NCBI RefSeq assembly: GCF_009834535.1
Contig: NC_045697.1
Location: forward strand, 44,890,001-44,954,000
Length of the DNA: 64,000 bases
Direction of reading: 5' to 3'
Source: Camelus ferus
Lineage: Eukaryota
Part shown: piece by piece, positions 51,191 through 62,755 of the stretch
How the letters are laid out: every line of letters begins with the position of its first letter
How positions within the stretch are numbered: the stretch's first letter is position 1
Made by a program: the position numbers and the translations under genes
The notes under the pieces: generated by a model
Databases searched by the model: none
Seen by the model: only the letters and a program-made list of their open reading frames with translations
Told to the model about the DNA's origin: nothing

Positions 51191-51574
51191 TGTACTAGTT
51201 AGCTAGGGTTGCCATGACAAAGAACCACAGACTGGGGAGCTTAAATAACAGAAATGTATTTCATCACAGTTCCAAAGGCCTGAAGTCCGGGATCAGGGTG
51301 TCAGCAGGGTAGGTTTCTTGTGAGGCCTCGCTCCTCAGATTGTAGACCACTGTCTTCTCCCTGTGTCTTTACAAGTCTTCCTTCTGTGCATCTCTGTGTC
51401 CAGATTTTCTCTTTTTACAAGGACACCACTTATATTGGAATAGGGCCCATCCTAATGGCTCATCTAATTTATTTATCTCATTAAAGACTGTTTCCAAATA
51501 CAGTCGCATTCTGTGGTAAGAGGGTTAGCACTTCAGCATATGAATTTGAGGATGTTGTAATTCAGCTCGTATCA
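51191..51574 (-). mobile_element. MLT1A-type LTR
   Basis: 'tgtactagttagctagggttgccatgacaaagaaccacagactgggg...aaggacacc...ccaaatacagtcgcattctg...cagcatatgaattt', TG...CA ends. Confidence 0.9.
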
Positions 51575-51746
51575 GTGTACAAGGATGAGAAGTGCAATAA
51601 GGGAAAACCAGGTGGGAAAAGTGGTTGGAAATATCCACAGGCTGCGATTTTAAATTGGGTTGTCAGGGAAAGTCTTGCTGAGAAAGTGACACTAGCAAAG
51701 ATCTCAAGGATTTGAGGAAGCCGGCGGTACATAAGTCAGGGGCTGC

Positions 51747-52096
51747 ACTTCTATATGGAATCTAAAAACGAAACAAACAAACAAAGAAAACAAAAGAGAC
51801 TCATAGATACAGAGAACAAATGGGTGGTTGCCAGAGGGCATGGGGGTAAGGGAGTTGAGTGAAATAGGTGGCTTGGATTAAGGCGTACAAACCTCCAGTT
51901 ATAAAATAAATGAGCCATGGAGATGTAATATACAGCATAAAGAATAGGGTCAATAATGTTGTAATAACTTTGTATGGGGACAGATGGTTACTAGACTTAT
52001 CATGGTGATCATTTAATAATGTATACAGATGTCAACTCCCTATGTAGTACACCTGAAACTAACAATACTGTCTGTCAGCTATATTTCAATACAAAA
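51747..52096 (+). mobile_element. L1 3' UTR (laurasiatherian L1MA lineage)
   Basis: 'ctcatagatacagagaacaaatgggtggttgccagaggg...acaaacctccagttataaaataaatgagccatggagatgtaatatacagcat...gtacacctgaaactaac'. Confidence 0.88.
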
Positions 52097-52109
52097 TGCA
52101 CAAAAATAA

Positions 52110-52500
52110 ATTAGATGTATAAATAAAATACTATATAGCAGTAGAAGTGGATGAAATGTAGCTATGTGTAGCAACATGGATGACTATCAAAGAAACAGTG
52201 TTAAGCATATATACAGTATGCTTCTGCATAAGTCAAGTTCAAAAACAAGCAAAACTGAATGATTTCTTTTAGGGATACACACACATACACACACAGATGC
52301 AGGTGTGCATAGCACACACACATTTGTGGTAAAACCACGAAGAAAAGCAAAGAGATGATTAACAAACAGTCAGGATGGAGTTTGCCTCTGATAGGGAGGG
52401 AAGGAAATTAGATTGGGAAAGAGCACACAGGGGAACCTGAAGTTCTTTTTGTTCTATTTCTTAAGCTGTTTTGTTACAACATGGGTGTTTAGATATTCAA
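52110..52500 (+). mobile_element. L1ME-like 3' fragment
   Basis: 'atactatatagcagtagaagtggatgaaatgtagctatgtgtagcaacatggatga...agttcaaaaacaagcaaaact...gttctatttcttaagctg'. Confidence 0.7.
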
Positions 52501-53394
52501 ATATAAAAATCCTTGACATGTTAAAATTTGTATAGATAAAGTATACATCATGAATTAACACATAGAATAAGGATTAGGAACAGATTTTTTTTCCCCCTAA
52601 ATTGTCTCATCTGGTAATTGGGAATGTGTACTCCTGGTTAAATGAGCACTTGAAAACAGTGTTTTCTTTACAGCCTTATGTCTTGAGTGGTGTTTCTGTT
52701 TTTGTTTTTAATATAAGTGTGTATTTTCTGTGAGAGTTGGGAGAATTCTACATAATTTCTCCTGGCCACCGTAATGCTCTATTTATTAATGTGCTTTTCC
52801 TTTTCATACATTAAAAGAAAACGCTAACATTTTATCTCTAAAAATGTTGAAGCAGATTCCACACGAGGTAGTCAGGGCCGTGGTCTAATTCAAAGCAGGC
52901 AAAGCCTTGCTCGAAACACTGTCCAAGTGTAATTAGCCCTTATTTAAACTTTCACTTCTTTTTCTTTCAACCAACAGAGGCTTTTAGTTTCTCTGACCAG
53001 CTACTCCTATTGATGACCCAGGTAAATTCCCAAGGGAGAGAATATAACATAAGCTGAAATTAATAAAATAAAATATTTCTCAGCATTGGGGTATTGAATT
53101 TGTGGGATTAAAATCTGAAATCATTTTCCTTGGAGGCATGTCTTTAATCACACGGTGCATACGCTTTGTCGTAAGCATGTTCACGTGTGTTTGCTGACTT
53201 GGGCCTTAAACAACCATAAGATGTGGAGGCGCAGTTGGAGCTACAGAGTAAGAAAGTGTCCGTAATGCCGTCTGGTCCCTTTGTTAATAAATGGAAGGGT
53301 CAGAACTTGAGTCCAGTTCTTTTGACTCCTGTACATTTTCTCTTATAACATGTTGCCTTTCACTAGTCTCCCAGTTTTCAGTTTGGGAAATACA

Positions 53395-53800
53395 TCATTT
53401 AGGAAGAGGCTTTTATTCGAAGTAACAAAACACAGTGACCGTGAGTTACATAAAGAGTGGCTTGTTCTTCTCACAAGCTCAGGGCAAAGGTAGGCATGGC
53501 TGATGTTGGTTTAGATGAAATGCTCAAAACTATTCTAACTGCTGTCTCTGTTCCCTCATGATCACAAGATAGTTGTGGCCGTTTTAGGTGCTATGTCTGT
53601 ATTCAAGGCAAAAAGATTGGAAAGGCGATGCCAACAGATTTCCATTTACATCTCTTTTGTCCAGGGCTGTGGTATATAAATATCTCTCACTGAAAGAGAA
53701 GCTGGGAGATTATTTTGTTTTGTTTTATTTTCCAGTCTCTACAGTAGAGGCAGGCAAAGGAGAATGGGGTCAGCACTGAGTTGGGTTTTGCATAAGCTAA
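53395..53800 (-). mobile_element. Old MLT1 LTR, degenerate
   Basis: 'gaagtaacaaaacacagtgacc...ccctcatgatcacaagatagttg...catctcttttgtccagggctgtgg...gaaagagaagctgggaga'. Confidence 0.5.
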
Positions 53801-54265
53801 AGCCTACCATGTTTGTCACAAGAAATTGGAGGCATAGCTTGGATGCTGATATTGAAAACTTTGATTAATCGAGATCTGCACAAGCATTTCATTTTTAAGC
53901 TTAAGAAATTCCTTGTAAACCCTTTTTTATGGGTTGTTGCACACTAAACCATAAGTAGTTACTGAGATTCTGTCTCTCTATTAAAAAGGGGATTACTGGG
54001 AAAGTTGGCACGACTGTTAGCAGTTTCTCCGTGGTCATGTGACTTCCTAGTCAGTCTCCTGTAGGCATAGCAGCTGGCATTGCCCTTGGGCACTTACAGC
54101 TTTGCCTTTTGCTTTCACATAGCATCAGACAACTGGAGATTCAGGAGATCAAACCAGGGTCTAGATGTTAAGGGCTATTTTTTTAAAAATTCAGCAAAAC
54201 ATATCTGTAAAGAGTCATCATTACTGTCTTGTAATTTATCTAAACCCTTCGGGGATGCGCAAAAA

Positions 54266-54487
54266 TAAGGGCTGGCAAACTTACTATAAAGAACCAGATA
54301 GTACATGTTTTAAGCTTTGTGGGCATTACTGCCTTTCTGCTGGAACTAATCAGCTCTGCCATTATACAGCAAAAACAGCCATAGACAATACAAAAATGAA
54401 TGGGTGTGACTGAGTTCCAATAATACTTTATTTACAAAGCAGATGAGGGACTGAATTTGTCACCTGGGTCATAGTTTACCTGCTCCT
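54266..54487 (-). mobile_element. MER58A (hAT-Charlie)
   Basis: 'agggctggcaaactt..tataaagaaccagatagta...cagctctgccattatacagcaaaaacagccatagacaatac...gttccaataatactttatttacaaa'. Confidence 0.88.
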
Positions 54488-54514
54488 TCTCTAGAGAGGC
54501 TGCTCTGGAATAAT

Positions 54515-54760
54515 TATAATAATATCAAATGATAGCCAAACTTATACAGTATTTATTAGGTGCCAGACCTTGCACAAAGCCCTTTTCAAATATTGTTCCA
54601 TGTTGTTTTCATAATAATCCTCTGAAGTGGATACTATTGTTAACTCATTTCACATAGGAGAAAAGAGACACAGGGAGTTTGTCTTGCCCTACGTCCTCAG
54701 CGGGTTCAATCCTAATGAGCCTTCAGATTCAGAGAGTCTGGTTTCACTGTTTGCGCTCTC
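54515..54760 (-). mobile_element. MIR SINE
   Basis: 'gtatttattaggtgccagacc...cataataatcctctgaagtggatactattgttaactcatttcacataggagaaaagagacacag'. Confidence 0.8.
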
Positions 54761-55846
54761 CTAAGATGGTTTTTGTAAATGTCTTTTGAGGAAAATCAGA
54801 TAGTTAACAAAGCAAAAGAGTGTGTCTCCATAATCTGTCTGTCCTCCCTTAGATGCACCCATCCACTTATTCAACCAAGTTAACAAAATTTCTTTACTGC
54901 CTCTCATGCAGTGGGCGCTGTTCTAGGATGTGGAGACACCTCAGTGAACAAGGCTGACAGGATTTCTGTCCTCTTAAGGCTTGTTGTCTGGTAAGCAGAG
55001 CCACCCAGGAAAGGCAGTAAGCCAGAAAGGGAGGACGGTACGCCCGGGTGAGGTGACAGTGACTGCATTGGCCAGTGAAGGGCTCCCTGGGGGGGTATTA
55101 TTTGATTTGAGACTAGACATCGTGAGAGAAGCCAGCCACGTGATGGTTTGGGAGAGTGGGGGTTCCTGGCAGGGAGAAAAACAAGTGCAGCACTGTGGGG
55201 TGGGGATGAGCTTGGCTCGAGGGATGCACAGGAGGGTGCAGGAAGGGCCTTGCAAACAAGCAGCGTGAGGGCAGCACATGGAGGGCCTTTTAGGCAGAGG
55301 TGAAGAATTTAAGTCTTATTCTAGGTTTGGTGAAGAGTCATCGAGGATTTGAAAGAGGAAAGAGAATGATCTGATTTTCTGTTTGACACAATTACTCCGG
55401 CTTCTGTGAGAAGATTATAGCAGGGAGAATAGAGGCAGGAGGAGGGCAGTTAGGAGGCCAGTGCCCGAGTCCAAGTGAGGGAAGTGGTTGCTTGACTTAG
55501 GGGTTAGAAGGAGAGGAGAAAAGTATAAAGTTTGGGGGTTTTTTTGTAGGTAGGGTGGACAGACCTGGTAGATGGATTAGATATGGGGTCAGGGAAAAAG
55601 GTAACACAAGGCAACTCCATCTGGTTTGACCTGAGCACAAGGTAACACTTACAGAGATATGAAAGCCCAGGAGAGAGCAGATTAGGAGGAAAAGAGATAA
55701 TCAGGAGCTCTATTTTGGACAAGTTTTGAATGACTATTACATACCCAGGTGGAGATGTTAAATAGACGGTTATATATATGGATCTGGATTAAGGGCAGAT
55801 GTGATGGCTGAGATAAAAATTTCAGAGTTATCTGCATGTAGGTGAT

Positions 55847-57037
55847 TGTATCAGTTACGATATTTCCTGCTGCATGTAGCAGGAAACTCAAAAACTAGTT
55901 TAAGTGATAATGATATGTAGGAGTGTTACCAAACTCAGATCTGGTTACTCATCACTCATAAGCCACTACTCAAGAGGCAGGTGTTGGTAGGAGAGGAAAG
56001 GTTACTTTATTCCAGAGGCTGGCAACCAAGGGAGAAGGAAGACTCATGTCCAAAAGCCAACTCCCCCTGCTGATCAGGGGGCAAGAGCTTTTAAAGGGGG
56101 AGTTTCAGAGGTATATAGGCAGAGGGAGGGGGCTACATGCAGAACAGTTCAATCAGCTCTGACAGCCATCTTGAAATTGGTCATGAATGGTCTAATCAGT
56201 GTCATCTAGATTGTTTTAAGTATAGTTAATCTTCAGTTCCAGGGTCAGTTTGTTCCAATGCCTTAGAGGCCAGTTCTCAGAATTGTGCAAGATGGGGCAG
56301 CTTATGTCATGGCTACAGTCTGGTCATCATGTAGTTAACTTCTTCCACCCAGTGGGGGTTTCAGTATCTACAAAACAGCTCAAAGGATGTAGTTCAGAGT
56401 ATTATCTATAGCCCTTGAGGAGGAACTAAAAGTCCTTGACTTTGCTTAGTGACTAAATTGTTATTTAGTCTTGTTTGACTGTTTTCATCTGCTTCTGCAT
56501 TTTCTCACTTCTGTGATTAAGTTTATTCTTTGGCTCAAGTTTTTCTACAGACAAGATGCAGGTGGAGGACATGGAGAGGGTCTGTCCTGGGAAGGCCCCA
56601 TAAGTTCCTGCTCTGTTTCAAGAGGAATCCCAGACATAGGTCAGGCTTCTGGTTTGGTTTGTCCAACACTTCAGTGACGTTTTCAAAGACTCAAATATTT
56701 CCTTCTCTTTGTTGTTCTGCACCAGTGTCTTCTATATCCCAAAGCTGGTTTCATGTAGTTGGCATCAGAGCTGTGAGCTTCCTCGTTCATATGTGAAAGG
56801 GGGAAGAGTGACAGACAGACAGACAGACAGACAGGCACTATGATTGGCTAACTATGGCTCTTACTTAAGAACAAAAAGGGAGCCCCCAGCAAACTTTTGC
56901 TCACACCTTATTGGTCCAAATTGGCTTAAGCCTGCCCATCCCTGAACCAATCACAGGCAACGATCCTGGGATTTCTGCTATTGACTTAGACAAAGTATCT
57001 GGTGTGAAACCAGTTTGGGAAGCCAACCTCAATGTCC
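55847..57037 (-). mobile_element. MLT1 LTR inserted in L2 (55847-55923 and 56621-57037)
   Basis: Starts 'tgtatcagttacgat...ctgcatgtagcaggaaactc'. Contains 'agcccccagcaaactt...ttattggtccaaattgg...cccatccctgaaccaatcac'. 5-bp TSD GTGAT/ATGAT. Confidence 0.75.
55924..56620 (-). mobile_element. ERV1-class solo LTR, 697 bp, probably lineage-specific
   Basis: TG...CA termini (TGTTACC...TTTCA). 4-bp TSD GGAG/AGAG. Minus-strand AATAAA in 'ttactttattcc'. Exact family not assigned. Confidence 0.8.
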
Positions 57038-57706
57038 ATGATTTAAACCCATGAAATCACGGAGGGAAAAGGTAGAGAGAGCAGATGGAAGAGAATCCAG
57101 GCATGACGCCCTGTGGAGTTCTGATATTTAGAGGCAGACCTGAGGAACAGGCGGAGACAACAAAGTAGACTAAAAGGCAGAGGCCACTGAGGGAATAAGA
57201 AAACCAGGAGACCGTCATGTTACAAGGGTTGAAAGAGGAGAAAGTGTGGAGAACTCTGCAAAATGCTGCTGAGGGAAAATAAAATGAGTCAGAAAAGGGA
57301 TCTTTGGATTTTATCAGAGTCAAGTAAGGGCATTGTCCTGTAGAGCATTCACTCCCTGTTGGATTGAGGCTGGAAGCTGGGTGCTAACTCCAAATTCATT
57401 AAAACCAATATTGATGAGTTATTGTTTCTGGAAAGGTAAGGAGTGGTAAGAGCTATGGTTCTTTTTTCCATTTACTAATTGTGAATTGATAGTCATTAGG
57501 AATGGTTGTTGTCCGTAATTGGTCTTGCTATGCAGGTAAAAATGTCTTTTTCCCAGACTTTTATATAGACTAAAAATCAGGTTTCACACATCCAGGTTTT
57601 TGATCCTTTATCACACCACAAGCTGGAATAAAAATGCAAAATGAATATGAAAATGTTAAAATCTGATCTCTTTCTCCTACTTCTTGGATTTCTACATGTT
57701 CTTTTT

Positions 57707-57816
57707 TTCTTTTCTCTTTCTTTCTTTTTTTTTTTTTGAAAACAGAAAAGGAGTTTATTAGGTTACACTGCCGTAGACAACAGCAGGCTACACAGATAAG
57801 AGGTGCCTGTGTGAGC
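57707..57816 (-). pseudogene. Short polyadenylated retrocopy (3' end of an unidentified transcript, possibly LTR-derived)
   Basis: TSD CTACATGTTCTTTTT (57692-57706) / CTACGTGTTCTTTTT (57817-57831). T-rich tail at 57707-57737. Minus-strand AATAAA at 57754-57759, 16 nt from the tail. Confidence 0.8.
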
Positions 57817-57831
57817 CTACGTGTTCTTTTT

Positions 57832-58103
57832 CTTTCTTTCTTTTTTATTGAGTTATAGTCATTTTACAATGTTGTGTCAAATTCCAATGTAGACCACAAT
57901 TTTTCAGTTATAAATGAACATACGTATATTCATTGTCACATTTTTTTCTCCGCTGTGAGCTACCACAAGATCTTGTATGTATTTCCCTGTGCTATACAGT
58001 ATCATCTTGTTTATCTATTCTGCATATGCCTGTCAGTATCTGCAAATTCTGAAATCGCAGTCTGTCCCTTCCCACCCCCTGCATCCTTGGCAACCACAAG
58101 TTT
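57832..58103 (-). mobile_element. Young L1 3' end, camelid type
   Basis: 'ttttattgagttatagtcattttacaatgttgtgtcaaattcc...gctgtgagctaccacaagatcttg...tttccctgtgctatacag...cttcccaccccc...ttggcaaccacaagttt'. Confidence 0.88.
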
Positions 58104-58574
58104 TGGGTGGATGGATGATGGTGACGGAATGCTGGAATGCTAAAATGCTGCATGTTCAAAACTTCTTAATCAAGCCCAGGGTGGGACAAAGTCGTAAGTC
58201 ATACATACGAGGTGAGGGGCCAAAAGGAAAGGGAATCTGGAAGAATGGTAATATAGCAAGTCTTGCAGGGCATTTGGACTTCCTTTTGTCTTTGTTTAAA
58301 AGTCTGTTTCCCTCTGGAAGTTCCTAATTCCTTTAGGGAAAGGACTATATTTTACTTACTTTTGTATTTTTCAGGGCTTAAATGGAATGCTATGTCTATA
58401 AAAATGTTAAGTAAATGTAAGGAGGAAGGTTGGCTGGAATAGGATAGTTTGGTAAAGACTGAAGTCACACGAAGGAAACCAATAGTTTTGCGTCTTTGTA
58501 TGAAGCCATTAGTTATGTTGTGAAACCTAACAAAAGAACCCCCATGTTAAGAAATAAAAGGTTTCCTAAAAGGC

Positions 58575-58645
58575 CTCATCAGTTCAACCAGGACCGATTT
58601 TGCTTCCCAAGGGACATTTGGAAACATCTGGAGACATCTGGCACC
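58575..58645 (+). mobile_element. MER20 5' fragment
   Basis: 'gattttgcttcccaagggacatttggaaacatctggagaca'. Confidence 0.6.
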
Positions 58646-60691
58646 GTTTTCTGCCTAGCAAACTGTGCGTTTCCTTCCTGTTTCCTTGTAGAATAGACCC
58701 TTCAGTAATGACACCTGACAAAGAGCAAAACCCATCCTAGATGCCATGGTTGTGTGGAGCTTTTTAAAAATATTCTGTGTCGTGTGTTTGTTTGGAATTT
58801 ACAGACACCTTGGTTGCAAAGAAGTTGAGCTTCACCTACTTATATTGTTTCTCTGGTTAGAGAGACTTCATCATCTTTACAGGAGGACCTAGTCGAGACA
58901 CCTTGAGTGCATAACCAAGATTAAACAATGATCAAATGAATGGCAGGTGTATAATGAACTGTGCTCCCCAGCGCCCACACTGTACTCAGATGGCACTGAA
59001 ACATGTAACAGTGCTGCTGTGTCCGTTCAGGTTTTCCATTTGGAAATGAACAGCAGGTGGTGTCTGACAAGCTAAAGGATGCTGAATAAAGACTCCACAC
59101 AGCTGTAAATAGTAGGGAGCTCCCCAGGACAAGGCAGGGAGTGTTTGGATTCTTCCAGATCTGGCAGGCTTCTGTGCAATCACATCTGCGTGCATAGGCG
59201 CGATGTCTCTCATTACAATTTCAAATGACGAGCTTATTTTTTAATGCACGTAAATTGCCTTCAATAGACTTGGTGATTGAACACAGTAAATATTTTTCTG
59301 TGCCGCTAAAAATAGTAAGCCTGCTGGAAGGTGTTTCTCTTTCCTTCTCTGCAAAGGCTTGTCTCTTTGCAAAGCGTGAGCTCTTGAGCATGACTGTTTG
59401 CACATACCCTTCTCACTGCATTTTCTTGTCATCTCCTTTACCCGTGCGAGTTTTGTCAGGGTTTGGTCAAACTCCACTGCCCTTGCTAAGGCTGAGCTGA
59501 CCTGGGGAATCTGTTGCCCTCAGTGTCTGTGGGTGTGTGGTGGGAGTGGGGCAAAGCCTTTGGGAAAAGCTTCTGGTCTTGGGACAGAAAAGGGCCCTCC
59601 TCCAGCCGGCTGCCTCGTCACATGCCTGGGCTGCTGCACCTCTGTTCCTTATGGCAAGAAACCTGCTTGCTCTTTCTGCATATTTTCAAGCGCTGCCATC
59701 CCCCTGAGGAGCTGCTCACGCAAATTACATCTGGCAAAGATTGTCCCTCTCTGCCTTATGTTTTCTGTGCACGTTCACCTTTATGTTGCTGTTAGCAATC
59801 TTCGTATCTGGCTAAGGGGTCCCCGTTATCCAGGACCCCAACAATGCATTCCTGTAAAATAGCCCTTGGGCAGGGAACTTGTATAAAAAGAATCTATGCT
59901 TAGATGTTTCCGAGTATGACTGTTTAGGGTGGCACTGAATGAAATAGCTTCTCTTCAAATTCATACAAAGGACAAGTGGATAGAAAACAAGAAGTCGAAA
60001 TCAACAGCCTAGGACAAAGTTCACAGGTATTCAGAGGGATGGATAGCTTTCAGACATTTCTCTTCAGTGTCACTCCATATTTCCAGAAGCTGGTGCATTT
60101 CTATCTTGCCTAAGAGTTTCGTAAAATTAAAGTAAGTTATCGTGGAGGAAGAATGGGTTTCTGTCAATTTTGCCACTTTGTTTTCTCATGTTATCTCTTT
60201 AAAGTCAATACTTTTTAAATTTGGTAATCTCATAGAGAAAATGCAAGAAATATTGCTAATATCTTCTGCTTACCTTTGAGAAAGTTCTCGTTCCATTGAT
60301 ATGTCTCCTTTCGCAGGGCTGGAGGGCAGCGGTTTGGATGAGCTCTCCCAAGTCAGTGGCAAGAATTCAGCATGGGAGTGGGTACCAGCTCTGCTTGATC
60401 CTTTATGTGTCAGCCTCTCTTTTGACTCCTAACATTCTTCTTAGTTCTTTCAGCTATAAAATGAGGAAAGCATGAGCTGTTCTTCCCCTTCTCCTACTTC
60501 TAGGCTAGGACCTCTGGACTGAGTTCTTTGGTGAAGATGAAGCAGGTGCTTATTCCTGATAACATGGTGATTATTGCCTCAATCGACTCCATCGAAAAGT
60601 CAAAAGGGAGATGCTTTTAAAGTCCCAGGGAAATTGCAGTGTCTGTTCTTTGAGGGGAAGACACTGGCTGACCATCCTTCCCCTGTCTGAG

Positions 60692-60748
60692 GTGTATATG
60701 TGTGTGTGTGCACGCGCGTGCAGTGTGCGTGTGTGTGTGCGTATGCAT
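60692..60748. repeat. Alternating purine-pyrimidine (TG/CG/TA) tract
   Basis: 'gtgtatatgtgtgtgtgtgcacgcgcgtgcagtgtgcgtgtgtgtgtgcgtatgcat'. Confidence 0.8.
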
Positions 60749-61430
60749 AGAAGTCACCAAAAGCTGCTGGAAGGGAGTGCCAAGTAAACCAGAGGAGCAG
60801 GGAAAGAACTTTGGGGCTTTGCAGCTGTAAGGTGTGGTTCTCACCACTATTGTCACAGTGCCAGCAGGCAAGGGATTGCCTCCAATATGCTATTCAGAGA
60901 CCAGAGGGGCTTCTTGCCAGAGAGGCTGCTGCTAGGCAAGGCAAGAAGAGCTGGGAATGTAGCCCCCTGCTGGCGGTGGGCCTGGCGGGTTGCAGAGCGG
61001 CAAGCTTGATGCACAAAGCAAAGGAGCTCCAGCCATAATTTCCTGAGTGGACCCCTTCTGGCAGCTCTTTCTTGGAGCTCAACTCAGAGGAATGGAGAAA
61101 TGACGTAGACTCTCAAGTCCTTGGTGGAAACAGGGCTACTGTTAATACATTTGCAAATAAAATAAATTAATGAGTGAGATTGCCAAGAAAATGACATCCA
61201 CCTAGGTGTCTTTTATTTTCCAGTAAGCGTGTGAAACACTCCATGGTGTTTGTTTGTTTTTAATTTTAGGACTTGGTGTAATGTTAAATTAAGACTCCAA
61301 GGTTTAGAAACTAGCTCACTAGAAATTCTTCAGGCATTTTTGTGAGGAATGCAAATGAAGACACGTCTCAAGAGAAGGGAAAGGGTGAAATATGCTGATT
61401 TTCAGCCTACAGCTCTACATATATATCTTC

Positions 61431-61819
61431 TGTTGTGGGCTGATTGTGTCCACCCCCAAAGTCATATGCTGAAGTCCTCCCATCCAATACCTTAGAAATG
61501 ACTGTATTTTGAGGTAGGATCTTTAAAGAGGTAATTAAGCTGAAATGAAGATTTGGGGTGGGGGGCTAAGCCTATATGAGTGGTGTCCTTATGAGAAGAG
61601 GACATTTAGGTACAGAGATGTGCAGAGGAAAGGCCACGTGAAGACAGAGAGAGAAGACGGCCATCTACAAGGCAATGAAAGAAGTCTCCGAAGAAGCCAA
61701 CCCTGCTAACAACTTGATCTTGGACTCCTAGCTTCCTAAACTGTGAAAAAATATTTTTCTGTTGTTTAAACCACCCAGTCTGTGGTATTTTGTTAAGACA
61801 GCTCTAGCAAACTAATATA
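61431..61819 (+). mobile_element. MLT1A-type LTR
   Basis: 'tgttgtgggctgattgtgtccacccccaaagtcatatgctgaagtcct...ggtgtccttatgagaagagg...gccaaccctgctaacaacttgatcttggact...ccacccagtctgtggtattttgtt...ctagcaaactaatata'. Confidence 0.92.
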
Positions 61820-61929
61820 GCTGCCAATTCAGTTGAGAGTAATGTAAAATGGGCTACAAATTTTAGCCCAGAGTCTCCCTTCACTCCACATGTAAAAGAA
61901 AATATGAATAGAATGTGTTCTTTCCAACT

Positions 61930-62755
61930 CAGTCCATCCAGCCAAGCAAAGAAGCAGGTGGAGAAATGGAAGAATGTGGAGGAATGTGGAGAAAGATGCA
62001 ACTGATGGACAGGAAAGTGAACGTCTAGTCCTCGACCATGACAGGGATTGAGGTCGGGAGAAGCATGACTGTGGATGAATTTGGGAATGGTGAGAAAGAG
62101 AAAGATGTTGAGGGGATCCATGCCTAGTGGGCTCTTTATTTTCCTATGAAGTAAAAGGAAAGCTCGTCTCCTGAGAACAGCAAGTAGGGGATGGGATAGG
62201 GGCCTCTAAGATAGGAATGAAATATTGAAATAGCCCCTTGGTGAAATGCAAGAGGAAATTCACTAGCTCAGGCCGAGGAATTGCCGGGTGGTACTGCCGT
62301 CTGCAGAGCCTGGAGCTGTGAGTGGTCCCTGTTGATAGAAGGGTGTAATCTTTTTCAAAAGGGATCCATAGTCTGGGGAGAGGAACAGAGAACACATGGT
62401 CCGCGGATTAAGGAATGTGAAGGGCAAGTGCAAGGGAAAACGTTAAGTGGGTGAAGGAATTAAAGATGGTCGTCAGTGAGGAGTTGGAGTAATAATGTCG
62501 GTTAAGCCAATCCTGGGAGAAGGAAATGAAGCTAGGAGAGGGGAAGTGAGAAGTCGAGCCATTTAAAACCTTAATGAAGTCTAGATGCAAAGGTATTCAG
62601 TGCTAGGGATCTGAGGGCTGGTGGGATAGTATTTTGTGGTCAGAATGTGGCATTTTGGGATGTAAGATTTTGGAGATGGAGCAGTATTAGATACAGAAAA
62701 GATTACAGTAGCAGAAGGGATTACTCAAGTAAAGTGTCATTAAAAGTCATTGAAG
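61930..62755 (-). mobile_element. Old L2 (L2d-like) internal ORF2 fragment
   Basis: Purine-rich plus strand. Minus translation 'WLNRHYYSNSSLTTIFNSFTHLTF' resembles L2 'MV.HYN.SL..TLNSLAPLSF'. Confidence 0.45.

Larger units (their letters stand above)
54860..57325 (-). mobile_element. L2 LINE (54860-55846 and about 57043-57325) split by nested LTRs
   Basis: Minus-strand translations 'SWFSYSLSG...LPLNIRTPQGVMPG', 'LHADNSEIF', 'HIYNRLFNISTWVCNSH' and 'MSKIELLI' match L2 ORF2 RT and C-terminus. L2 tail at about 54865. Confidence 0.85.

Noticed and set aside
60300..60360. Possible 35-nt exon (ctcctttcgcag|...|gtcagt)
   Set aside because: Weak donor, length not a multiple of 3, adjacent to a MIR-like fragment.
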